Below the pieces are notes generated by a model. It did not search any database. It was not told where the DNA came from and saw nothing but the letters and a program-made list of their open reading frames with translations. Shown piece by piece: positions 28,202-39,900 of a stretch of DNA of 61,544 nt (position 1 is the stretch's first letter; every line of letters starts with the position of its first letter). Source of the stretch: a virus (lineage: Duplodnaviria; Caudoviricetes); the IMG/VR virus record IMGVR_UViG_3300037010_000926, positions 1 to 61,544 of that record; one strand, 5' to 3'. The position numbers and the translations under genes are program-made.

Positions 28202-29338
28202 ATGGCTGGGGCTTTCATTGCGGGTGGTTTGGTGGGTGGCCTGGTGCTGGGGGCGATGTCTGGCGGCGGCGGCTCGGGCGCGGCTGACGCTGCCTCGCAG
28301 GCCAACTACCAGCTCGGCCGGGACCAGCTCAGCTTCAACAAGCAGCAGTACCAGGACCAGAAGGATTACCTGGCCAAGCTGCAGCCCTACATCGACAAGT
28401 ACATGGAGTCCAACCAGACCAATCTGGGATACACGGACGCCCTGAACAAGCAGAACTTCGAGAACCAGACGAACATCTTTCAGCCCAACCTGGAGGCGTA
28501 CTCCAAGGATGTGGCTGAGATGGGGTCGTCGGCCCGCCAGGAGCAGGCCGCTGCCACGGCTGGCTCTGGGGTCCAGTCCCAGATCGACGCCCAGCGCGGC
28601 GCCACCGAGCGCTACCAGGCTTCGATGGGGGTGGCCCCTGACTCCGGTGCCGCCACCTCGGCCAACCGTGTGCAGGACGTGCTGGGTGCCGCCGCTCGCG
28701 CTGGCGCTGAAAACTCGGCTCGAATTGGCGAGCAGCAACGCGGCGTGGCGGCCCGTGCCGGCTTGATCGGCGTGGGCCAGGGTCAGGCCTCGACGGCATT
28801 GGCCGGCGTGCAGGTGGGCAACCAGACGGCTGGATCCGGGACAGGCATTGGCTCGACCCCAATCAACCTGAACGGCGGCATTGGCCAGCAGTACACCAGC
28901 GGCCAACTGGGCGCTTCGAGCATGTTCAATTCGTCGGGGCAACTTGGCCTGGCCAGCGACCAGTTCGGGATGCAGTCTGACCAGAACACCATGAAAGGCC
29001 TGGGCAGCATCGCCGCGCTGTTCGCCAGCAAAGGGGTGTTCCCGTCCGACGAAAACATCAAGACGGGCAAGGCGCCGATCGAGGGCCGCAAGCTGACCAA
29101 GGCCATCAAGTCCATGCGCCTGGAACGCTGGACCTACATGCCAGGGTTTGGCGATGAGGGTGAGCACATCGGCACCTATGCCCAGGACTTTGCCAAGGCC
29201 ACGGGTGTGGGCGACGGCAAGACGATCAGCATCATCGACGCCATCGGTGTGCTGCAGGGCGCGCTCAAGCAGAACATCGAAGACGTGGAGCGGCTGCAGC
29301 GCAGCAACCGCAGCGTTGCCATCACGGGAGTCAACTGA
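28202..29338 (+). CDS. Ejection/pilot protein with C-terminal S74-like autocleavage chaperone domain
   Basis: Gly-rich hydrophobic N-terminus, Q-rich helices, SDENIK...WTY...HIGTYAQDF. Confidence 0.7.
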   Translation: MAGAFIAGGLVGGLVLGAMSGGGGSGAADAASQANYQLGRDQLSFNKQQYQDQKDYLAKLQPYIDKYMESNQTNLGYTDALNKQNFENQTNIFQPNLEAYSKDVAEMGSSARQEQAAATAGSGVQSQIDAQRGATERYQASMGVAPDSGAATSANRVQDVLGAAARAGAENSARIGEQQRGVAARAGLIGVGQGQASTALAGVQVGNQTAGSGTGIGSTPINLNGGIGQQYTSGQLGASSMFNSSGQLGLASDQFGMQSDQNTMKGLGSIAALFASKGVFPSDENIKTGKAPIEGRKLTKAIKSMRLERWTYMPGFGDEGEHIGTYAQDFAKATGVGDGKTISIIDAIGVLQGALKQNIEDVERLQRSNRSVAITGVN

Positions 29339-30939
29339 TGGGCATCCAGCTTGGTTCCTTCATGGATGGCTACGAGGAGACTGGCCGCTACCTCGATTCG
29401 CGGGCAGCCTCCAAGGGAGTCTCCGATGCACGCAAGATCCAGAACGAGCTGGATCAGCGCCGGCTTGATTCAGAAAAGGCCTCGGACAGCTACCTCAACG
29501 CCGCGACCAAGAGCAGCAACAGCGCGGCTGCCAGCGGCGTGGATGGCCCCGGTGTGCCGGTGGCCAGCGGCAGCGCCGCCAGCCGCCCCCAGGGCACTGC
29601 GCAGGATGAGTCGAGCTTCGACGGCGTGAACCCGACCGGCAGCAACGCCGAGGCGGTGCGCTCCTACGGTGTCAACTCGGGCAGCGTGGCCGCGCGCGAC
29701 CTGTCCGACCAGGCGCCCCCGCCGCCCGCCCCTGCTCCTGCGCCAATGGCCCAGCCTGCCGCAGCGGACAGCAGCACACCCACCGCGCCCACCGCACCGC
29801 CGCCCACTGCGCCCATGGCCTCCATGGGGGTCCAACCCCAGGCCGACATCCCCAACCCCGGTCAGGCCAGCTCGTCGCCCCTGGTGCAGGCGGTGACCAC
29901 GGGCCAGGCGCCCGGTGCCCGCGCACCTGCGCCGGCACCCGATCCGTTGGCCAACTACAAGACTGCCATCGACAACGCCTTGCGTGACGGCAACGGCAAG
30001 GCCGCCGAGAGCCTACGCCGCCGCTACACCGCCGAGCTGGCCAACAGCCTGGAGACGGCCAACCTGGAGTTCAAGAAAAAGATCCAGCCGCTGCTGGAAG
30101 GCGAGAACCACGATCAGGTGGTTCATGCCGTGATGACTGGGCCAGCAGCCCGTAGCCAGGCCGCACTGGGCAGCGCTTTGCTGGCGCTGCAGACCGACCC
30201 CGATTCCGACGCCACCAAGAGCTTGGTCAAAAACGTCTTCCATAACGACCAGATCGCCGGCATTCGCTACGCCCCCGACAAGGAGAGCGGCCAGATCATG
30301 GCGGTGATGGTGGACAAGAAGGGCAAGCCCATCATGGACCAGAGTGGCCAGCCTGTGGCCAGGCCCGCTGACCTGGTGCGCAAGCTGGCCATGTCCGCGC
30401 CTGGTGGTCAGGTGCTCGCGCCGCAGATGGTCGACACCAAGGTGACCTCGCTGGGCGACGGCAGCGCGGCGGTCTACAACGGGCAGCACCCGCTGGGGAC
30501 GGCTCCGTCCGTCAACGTGGTGGGCGCAGCGCCTGGTGGCCTGCGTGATGAACGCATCGCTTCTTTGCGCGAGAAGGCGGTGGCGCCAGCACTGAAGACC
30601 CTGGACACCCGGATGCGTCAGCCTCCTGGCCCGATGCAGTCCATTGGCGCGGTCAAGCCTGAGTACAGCGACCTGTACGAGTCGGCGCAGGCGCTGGCCG
30701 AAAAGATGGCGCTGCAGTCCAGTCAGAGTGGTCAGTCCCAGGTACAGCCCCAGGCGATCGCCAGCTCCATCGGCAAGTTGCTGGACCGCGTGCTCGCCAT
30801 GCGCAAGACCAGCCCCAAGTACAGCTTGGAGGATGCCATGCGCGATAGCGGCACCCAGCCCGGTGCAGCTCCCGCCGCTCCCACCCAAGGGGGCACGCCC
30901 CCCACTGCTGCGGACGTGCAAAGCAAGTTCGGCTTCTGA
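29338..30939 (+). CDS. Internal virion (ejection) protein, putative
   Basis: Position between the pilot and giant proteins; A/P/S-rich. Confidence 0.65.
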   Translation: MGIQLGSFMDGYEETGRYLDSRAASKGVSDARKIQNELDQRRLDSEKASDSYLNAATKSSNSAAASGVDGPGVPVASGSAASRPQGTAQDESSFDGVNPTGSNAEAVRSYGVNSGSVAARDLSDQAPPPPAPAPAPMAQPAAADSSTPTAPTAPPPTAPMASMGVQPQADIPNPGQASSSPLVQAVTTGQAPGARAPAPAPDPLANYKTAIDNALRDGNGKAAESLRRRYTAELANSLETANLEFKKKIQPLLEGENHDQVVHAVMTGPAARSQAALGSALLALQTDPDSDATKSLVKNVFHNDQIAGIRYAPDKESGQIMAVMVDKKGKPIMDQSGQPVARPADLVRKLAMSAPGGQVLAPQMVDTKVTSLGDGSAAVYNGQHPLGTAPSVNVVGAAPGGLRDERIASLREKAVAPALKTLDTRMRQPPGPMQSIGAVKPEYSDLYESAQALAEKMALQSSQSGQSQVQPQAIASSIGKLLDRVLAMRKTSPKYSLEDAMRDSGTQPGAAPAAPTQGGTPPTAADVQSKFGF

Positions 30940-30951
30940 CCTGGAGCAGGC

Positions 30952-33900
30952 ATGGATCTCGACCTGTCGAACCTCTCGACGACCTATGACCCGTACAGCG
31001 CGCCGGCCCCGCAGCCGGCGCCTGCTGCTGCGCCCGCTGCTACCCCACTCCAGGCCGGCACGTCCAACATCGACGACCTGATCCGCCAGGAGGGCGCCGA
31101 CAAGTACGCGCCCGTGATCCGTGCCCTGTATGGTCAGGAGTCTGGCTCGGGCGCCAACGCCAAGACCTCGGTGGACGGCGCACAAGGCGGGATGCAGGTG
31201 CTGCCCAAAACCTTCAAGGCCATGCTGCCTGACGGTGACCCCAACAACCCGACGCACCAGATCATTGCCGGGATCCGCTACGCCAAGATGTTGGGCGACA
31301 GGACCAACGGGGATCCAGCACGCATGGCCGCCGGCTACTTCAGCGGCCCCGGCAACATCAACGCCAAAGGGGGCACCCCGTTCATCCATGACGCGGTGGA
31401 CGGCAACGGCAAGTCGGTGTCGAGCTATGTGGCCGACGTGCTGGGCCGCATTGACAAGGGGGATGCGCCGGCTGCTGGCGCTGCCCCATCCCAGCCGCCG
31501 CAGTGGTCTGCCATCGCGGCTGATCCTGATTTCAATCGGCTCAGCGACGACGACCAGGAGCAGGTGCGCCAGAACTACCTGAACAAGGTGGTGCTGCCCA
31601 CGGTGCCAACCGACCAGATTGGCGCTGTCACAGAGCTGTTCAACAAGCGCACGGCGCCGTCCATGGTGGCGGGCGCCCTGCGGGTGGCCAAGGATCTGGG
31701 GATCGACGCTGCCAGCCAGGTGGTGGGCAACGTCGGCGGCAGCCTGGTGCGCGGGGTGGGCTCGATGATGGCCGACCCCTCGAACACCGAGGCTGAGCTG
31801 GCACAGCAGCCTGACCAGGCCAGCCAGCAAGCTGCCAAGGAGCTGAAGGACCGGCGCGAGTCTGGTGTGGCCAACACTGTCGGAGAGTGGTTGAAATCGC
31901 GCGGCCAAAACGCCCAGGCCTTTGGCGCGCTGATGCGCGAACAGATGTCCGACAAGGGGCAGCGAGAGGCCGCCAAGTCGGCGGTGGAGGGGAGCATCCT
32001 CAAGGGGGAGTTCCACGTCAACCCGGATGCCTCGGCGGAAACCTACGCCCACATTTTTCCTGGCCTGTTGGGCTCCTTGGCGGACATCGTGGTGGGTGGC
32101 GCTGTGGCTGGCCCACCAGGAGCGATGGCTGTAGGGGCAGCCCAGATGAGTGGGCAAGCCCAGGAGGCTGCTGATGCAGTCACTGACCAGCAGCTCAGGG
32201 ATACCCCGATGTACAAGGGGTTGGTTGAGTCCGGGGCGAGCACCGACAGTGCGCTGAGTGACACGCGGGCGTTGGTGACGCAAGCGGCTGGCCGCTCCGG
32301 TGAGGTCATGGGTGCAGCCGGCGGGGGCTTGCTCACCGATATATTCAGCAAGGCGGGGGCGAGCTGGCTGCTCAACCACATCAAGGGCACAGCCTCCCGG
32401 TTCGCGGCCAGGACCGCCGCTGGCTCGGCCGAGGGTTCAGCCTTCATGGTGGGACAGGGTGTGGCCACCAACGAGTCCATGAACCAGGCCGCCGGCTCGC
32501 AGCTTGTGGATCCCGGCCAGGGCTCGGCGCAAAACCTGGCGCTGGGCGCTGCGATGGGGCCGCTCGCTGGTATGCGCGAGCTGCATGGTGGCGCCAAGCC
32601 AGCCCCGGGCGATGCGATCCCCGCCAAGGACGTGATCGACAACCCACCCGAAGGGGGTGCGCCTCGGCTCGAAGCTCCGGTAGTGCGCCCCGACTGGGAG
32701 GTGGTGGACGGCCAGCAGCAGCTTGGCGGCCCACCCGGCGATCAGGGCGGAGGCCCGGGCATTGATCCCAATGCTCCGCGCCTGCCACCCCCTGATGCCA
32801 GCAGCCGCACGATCGTGGCCAACGAGGCGGGTGACGCCCGGGTGATGTCAGCCGCTCAGGTGGCTGAGCTGCACAACCAGTGGGTTGAGCGCGAGATCGC
32901 GGCGGCCCAGGGCCAGTCCACGCGCCAGACGGCCCGCCAGCAGCGTGCCGAGATGGGCCTGACGGATGACGTGCTGCAGGCCCAGCATCGCCGCGACCAG
33001 TCACAGGAGGTGACCGATGTCCCCAGCAAAGAAGTTGCGCCAAAGCCTGAAGCGCCAGCTCCCCGGGTGGCTGAGGCGCCCAGTGGAGGCGCGGCAGATG
33101 AGTCTGGCCGAGGCCAGGTATCTCCTGTGGTGGCGGACGAACACACCTCAGGGGGAAAGCCTGGCGCTCCCCAGGGTGCTGCAGCGGGCAGCGGGGAGGT
33201 TGTATCTGATGGAGCAGGACGCGGCGAACAAGCTGCCCCTGTAGCTGGTGACGCGGCTGGCGAGCACCCCTTTGTGGGCAGCGTGGTGAGCTTCCGCTAC
33301 CGGGGCAAGACCATCCGTGGCCGGGTTGCTTCTGTCGACGACAACAACCGCGCCAACGTGATGCTGGGTGAGGAGCCCATCGGCAACGCGCCAGGCTACC
33401 GGGCCGGGATGCAGGTGCCGCTGACGCGCTTGAAGAAGATCGGCTTCAGTGCCTTTGACCTGTCCATGCCCGAGGGCAAGGCGGTGGGGGCCGACGACGC
33501 TGGCGCTGCCCACACGGTCAGCACTTTCCGCGACACCTTCCCGGGCGCCGACAAGCTCGACGTGCAGTTGGTGCGCAGTGAGGCTGATGTGCCCGATGGT
33601 GCGGTCAGGTCCAACAACACCGAGGCCTGGTATGACCGTGCCACCGGCAAGGTGACCGTGGTGCTGGACGCGATCGGCGGCAAGGATGAGGCCACGCGCC
33701 AGCGCCGCCTGGCCGAGGTGCTGGCCCATGAGGTGGTGGGCCACCACGGCATGGAAAGCCTGCTGATGGCCAAGGATCCCAGCGGTGCGCTGCTGCGCCG
33801 CACGCTGGCCGACGTGAGCCGCGTGCTCAGCGATGAGGTGCAGCCCAGTGACCTGGGCTCGGACGGCCAGGTCAAGATCGGCAACCCTCGCTACGTCAGC

Positions 33901-36900
33901 ACCGAGGCGGTGCGCCTGATGTACCCGGACGCCACCCCTAACGAGGTGGCCATGGAGACGCTGGCCAGGGCTGCTGAGATGGGCATCAAGCCCGGCCTGG
34001 TCGATTCGCTGGTCACCGCCGTCCGCCAGGCGCTGCGCCCGCTGCTGAACAAGCTGGGCATCAAGCTGGCCTTCAGCCGGGCCGAGATCCTGAGCCTGGT
34101 GCAGGCCGCCCGCAAGCATGTCCAGGAGCGTGCCAACAAGGTGCTGTCCAAAAACCAGGCCGCCAAGGTCAGCGAGATCCAGGGCGACACCCAGGTCGCG
34201 TCCCAGCGCGCACCCAAGGACGACAAGGTGGCCATCAACCTGTCGGCCGCAACCGACACCATCCCGGGGCTCAAGCAGGCCCGGGAGCGGGCCAATGCCG
34301 GCGTGCCTGGCGCAGCCGAGCACCTGAACGCCATCGCTAAGAACGCCATCGAGCACCTGACCTCGGGCATCAAGGGTGTCAAGATCGCCTTCCATGACAA
34401 CAAGGGGCTGTACTTCGGCGAGCTGGAACCCAGCCTGGGCATGGAGCTGAGCTTCCCCCCAGAGTCGCGCGGGCAGGTGCTCGCGGCCATGGCGCGTTTC
34501 GCCGATAATTTCAACCAGCAGCAGATCCATGTGCTGCAACCCGCCAAGGAGATCGAGGGCACCACCCACCCTGACGGATCCTTCAACACCGTGGTGCGGC
34601 GCATCGACCTGGCCAAACCACTGGAGCGCAGCCGCGTCCAGCAGGTGATTGACGAGTCCGGTCTGGGTGGCTTGAACTTCAGCGGCAAACACATTGAGGC
34701 CTACTATGTCGGCGACCCCGAAAAATCAGACGCCATCACCGAGTTCGAGCACGGATTCGACCGAGCAGTTGCCGCTGTTGGCGCAGATGGCGCGAGCACA
34801 CGACGAGCGGTTGCGCGCCTCTGGCGTTACGGTGAACCTGGAGACGCCAGCGACCGAGGAGTCATCCCCTACGCAGACATTGCGGGCGATGTTCGTCCCC
34901 GGCAAGCGCTCGCCAGCGAAACCGCCAAGCGGGTCGCCCAGCAGCTCCACGGGCAAGAAGTAAAGCCGGCCGACACCCGCGAGATCACGCCCGAGCAGCG
35001 CAAGCTGCATAAGCGCATCGCCGCCGACTACGAGGCGATGCCGCAGGATGACCTGGCCAACCCGCTGGTGCGCAAGGCCTACGCCGCGTTGGGCAAGGAG
35101 GTCAAGCGTCAGTACGATGCGCTGCCCATCAAGGTCGAGGTCTACAAGGGTGACGGTGAGCCCTACGCCAATTCCCAGGCCATGCGTCAGGACGTGGCTG
35201 ACCACAACCACCTGTTCATCTACGGCACCGACAAGGACAGCTTCGGCCCGCCCGGCGTCAAGTACGACAACCACCCACTGCTCAAGGCCTCGGGGCGCAA
35301 GGACATCAACGGTGTCCCGCTGCTCAACAACGACTTGCTGCGGGCGGTGCACGACTACTTCGCCCACAACGTCAGCGATGCCCAGTTCGGCCCCAAGGGG
35401 GAGGAGGCCGCCTGGCGCAACCACATGGCCATGACCAACGATCCGCTGGCCCGCTGGGCGCTGACCAGCGAGACGCGGGGCCAGAACTCCTGGGTGAATT
35501 TCAGCGGTGACCGCACGGGTGAGCGCGGCGCCGGCCCGCTGATCGAACGTGGCTTTGCCGAGCAGAAGGTGGGCCTGCTGCCCATCGAGCACGCCATGAC
35601 CGGGGACGCTTCGGTGGACGCCGGGATGCGTGAGCTGGAGCGCTCGCTGCCGGCCAAGGACAAGCAGGGCTCGCTGGGCAAGACGGTCGAGTCGCGTGGC
35701 GCCAAGGACCGCGAGGAGTACGACGCCTTCAACCTGGACCGCGATCTCACCGATAAGGTCAAGGACAAGAAGCCAGGCCTGTCCAAAGACGACAAGATCG
35801 CGCTGCAATCCGAGCTGCAAGCCCAACAGTCGGGCTTCAACGACATGGACCTGGCACGCCAGGCCGCCAAGGATGTGCAGCAGATCAGCGACGACAAGAT
35901 CGCTGCGATGGGCGTGCACGCTGAGGACGCCTTTCCGAAGCTCAAGTTCACCAAGAGCAAGGACGGAGACGAATACGAGAAGTGGACCGCGCCGCTGTGG
36001 ATCCAGGGTCACCCCGACGAGGGGCAGATCATCCAGCGGATGGGCAAGAAGTCCTGGAATGCTGCGCCACCCACTCTCCTGGGCGCTGGCCATGCACTGA
36101 GCCTGCTGGGGCTTGAGACGGTCAAGGCGGGCCAAGCGTACATCCAGCGCATTGCCGCCTCGGTCGAATTGTTCCGGCGTGGCTATGACCTGTTGAGCAG
36201 CGTGGACAGCAAAGCGGTGACCCGGCTGACCAAGGCCTGGCGCCAGATCGCAGCCAACCGGGGTGCCTTCGAGTTTTCCGGCAGGATGTCGCAGGCTGAG
36301 GGCAGCACCACGCTGGAAGTGATGAACGACGTGGGCGAACAGTTGCTGCTGGGGACCGGGTACAGGCTCAATGTTGAGCGTGCAGGCTCGCATCACTTCG
36401 AGGTGACCATCCGCGACCTCAAAGGGGTGACTCACGAGGCCAGTTTGGAGCACCGTGGCGCGGGCGCACATGCCAACTTCGTGGTCCACGCTGCCGGCCT
36501 GGATCGCGGCACTGGCGCTGGCAAGGTGCTGTACCAGTTCGCTCAGGCGGTAGCTGACGAGTACCACATGAAGATCCTGCCTGACCCCAACGGGTTGACC
36601 GGCGTGAACACCTACCGGCGCACCGAGCAGATGTTCAGCGGCGCAGCCAGGCTAGGCAAGTCCGGGCCGATGCAGCCTGGCGTTGGCCAACGCATCTACG
36701 GCTGGGACAGCAAGGCCACCACGGCCAAAGCGCACGAGGCAAACTTCGCGCGCCTGGCGTTGGCCATCAAGCGCAACGTGGGTGAGCTGGTCCCGGAGTT
36801 TCGCGCGGGCGACATCCACTACGACCCCACCAAGGATGTGTTCACCCAGGACGGCAAGGACGCCGAGCCGCTTGTCAAGGAGATCCTGGCCAGGCCCGAC

Positions 36901-39900
36901 GTGCGGGCTGCGAGCGTGAGCCGCAGCACACTGGCTCGCGCCGCGATCACTGCCGACGCGCTCGAAGGGAACATGCCGATCAAGGCCCGTGAGCCGCTTA
37001 AAAGGCCGGTGCTCTACAGCAAGGGTGCCGCCGAGCGCGAGGCGCCACCCACCAAGCGCAGCATTGCTGACTTCGTGAAGCGCGCCTGGAACATGAAGTC
37101 CCACGACCAGACGGGTGCAGTCATTGCTGACCAGGCGCCACACGCCGCCTATCTGATGGGGGAGAAAAGCCTGGGCGCTCGCCAGCCTTGGGTCATCACC
37201 CGCGACGTGGTGAACCACATCCGCACCCGGCACGCCGATGACGGGGTGACTGAGGCGATGCTGTCCAACCTGCCAGACCTCCTGAACCGCCCGCGTGCGG
37301 TGATCTATACCGAGGATGGGGTGAGTGTGTTGCTGCCTGCGCGTGACGCCAAGGGGGCGCCAATGCTGGCGCACTTCAAGCGTGAGACGTTGAGCAATGG
37401 GGACCGGCAAATGAAGCTGGTCCGCATGGCCTCGGTCTACCCCAAGGAGAACTCGGCGAGCTACCTGGCCAGCGCAATGAAGGACGGCAGCCGGATGTGG
37501 CTGCCGTCAGGGGAGTTGTCTCGGGCCAGGGCACTTCTACAGGAGGGGCCTGATGCCCATCAACCCGGCGATCAACCGGGGCTATCCCAACCTGAGTCCA
37601 GCTCTCCACCTGTTCAGGCGGCGCAACGAACCCCAAAGACAACGGACGCCAGTGTACTGTCCGACGAGGCGCTGCGCAAGTTTAGGGAGGGCGAGAAAGA
37701 CTGGGCCAAGGCTGTTGAAAACATCAGTGTCCCGAATGATGCGCCGGCTCGCTTGCGGGGCGTGAACTTTTCCAAGGGTGCCGGCGAGCGCGAGGCTGAC
37801 TACAGCTCCGGTCCCCTGGACTGGATCATGAAGAAGGCCGGCGGCAGCCTGGTGCGGGACTGGGTGACCAACCCGGTGTTCGACCTGGCCAGCAAGCTGG
37901 TGGACAAGGTGGTGCCCGAGCGGGTCAAGATGGGCCTGGTGTCCGACTTCGGCCTGGACAGGCCCTACCTGGACGCCAGGCTGGACCGGGACATCGGGAT
38001 CCACAAGGAGCTGCGCCGGGCCACCAAGACCCTGGACGGCCTGGCTGACCTGAGCCGCGATGAGTCCCGGGTGGCCTACCTGTGGATGCAGCAGGAGCCC
38101 AACACCAAGCTCGAAGCCGAGCTGCTGGCTAAGCTGCCTGAGGCATCGCGCCTGCGGCTGCAGCAGATGCGCAGCACCATCGACAACCTGGGCCGCGAGG
38201 CGGTGGCCGCCGGCCTGCTGACGCAGGACAGCTATGCCCGCAACAAGCTGGCCTACCTGCACCGCTCCTACGCTGAGCACGAGGCGCTGAAAGCCAGGGC
38301 TGGCTCGGTGTCGTCGCGCCAGGCGGCCACGGTGCGGGCTGACACCTACAAGGGGCGCGGGATCCGCGACGACGTGGCCCAGGAGAAGCTGATCCAGCAT
38401 GTCGACGAGATCAAGGCAGGCGACAAGCTGCTGCGCGTGGAGCGCCGCGACAGTACCGGCCGGGTCAACAAGGTCGAGTACATCCGGCCCGACGACAAGG
38501 TTCCGATCGGATTTACGCCAGAGCACATCTGGGAAGCCCGTTGGCTGGGTGGCCCTTCGGCCACCAAGGTGGGCCTGTGGCGCGACCTGACGCCCGAGGA
38601 GCGCCAGCGCCTGGGGGAGATCGACGAGGTGCGCTTTGCCTTTGCCAAGACCGTGCTGGGTGCCACGCGCGACATCGAGAACCAAAAGTTCCTGGGCTGG
38701 ATCGCCGACACCTACGGCAAGGACACCGTGCCCGAGGACAAGATCGCCAGCGGCGCGGACACCTACCTCAGCTCCAAGGCCTACAAGCTCGACGAGTTTG
38801 TCAAGGTGCCTGACACCACGATCGCCAAAACCGGCGGGCTCAAGAAATACGGGCGGGCCGCCGGCAAGTACGTCCCAGCGGTGGTCTGGAATGACATGCG
38901 CAACCGGATGGCTGTGCCTGAGTCTGAGCTGGCCCAGTGGTGGCACAGCCTGACCCGGGCCTGGAAGATCAGCAAGACGGCGCTGAGCCCGGCTGTGCAC
39001 ATGAATAACGTGATGTCCAACGTCATCATGGCCGACATGGCAGACCTGGGCGCGCACCACATTCTAAGCTCGCTCAAGACGCTTGTGGACGCGCACCGGG
39101 GCAAGGCTGAGGCCCAGGCCCTGCTGGAGCGCTACGAGGATTCTGGGGCCGAGCTGGGTTCGATGGCTGCCCGCGAGCTGAACCTGCGCTTCATTGAGCC
39201 TTTGCTGGCTGAGCTGGAAGCCAAGCAGGCCGACGAGCTGGGCATGACGCGGCTGAGCCAGATCATCAACATGGCGGCCCACGGCAGGATCAGTGAGGCT
39301 TTCACGGCACTGGGCGCCAGGAAGGAGGTGCGCCTGGCCGCGCTGCCCTTCAAGAAAATGGTCCAAGTCTACCAGGCCGAGGACGGCGTGTTCCGCCTGG
39401 CCAAGTTCCTGCGTGAGGTGGAGGCTGGCCGGTCGGACAAGGACGCCGGCACTGCCGCGCGTGAGGCCTTCCTCGACTACAACATCAACGCGCCCTGGGT
39501 CCAGACCCTGCGCAAGACCGGGCTGCCCTTCGTGGCCTTCAGCTACCGTGCCATCCCGCTGGTGGTCAACGCGCTGCGCGGGAAGCCCTGGAAAATCGCC
39601 AAGTACATGGCCACCGCCGCTGCGCTCAACGCGATGTTCTACGCCATGCTGGGGATGTCCAAGGAGGACGCGGACAAGGAGCGCAAGCGCAACCTGCCGC
39701 CCGAGCTGCAGGGCTCTACCTGGGGCGTGTTCCCGCGTGCGATGCGGATGCCTTGGAATGACAAGAACGGCCAGCCCGTGTTCCTGGACACCCGGCGCTG
39801 GGTTCCGGCGGCTGACGTGTTCGATCTGCAGGGCAACCACTCAGCGCTGCCGATCCCTGGCTGGCTGCAGGCCGCCGGCCCGCTGGCGCTATTCGGCGAG

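Noticed and set aside
12085-39060. Long minus-strand ORFs opposite structural genes (e.g. 12085-13968, 30013-32379, 34726-36567)
   Set aside because: Antisense shadows expected from high-GC codon bias; no RBS or recognisable motifs
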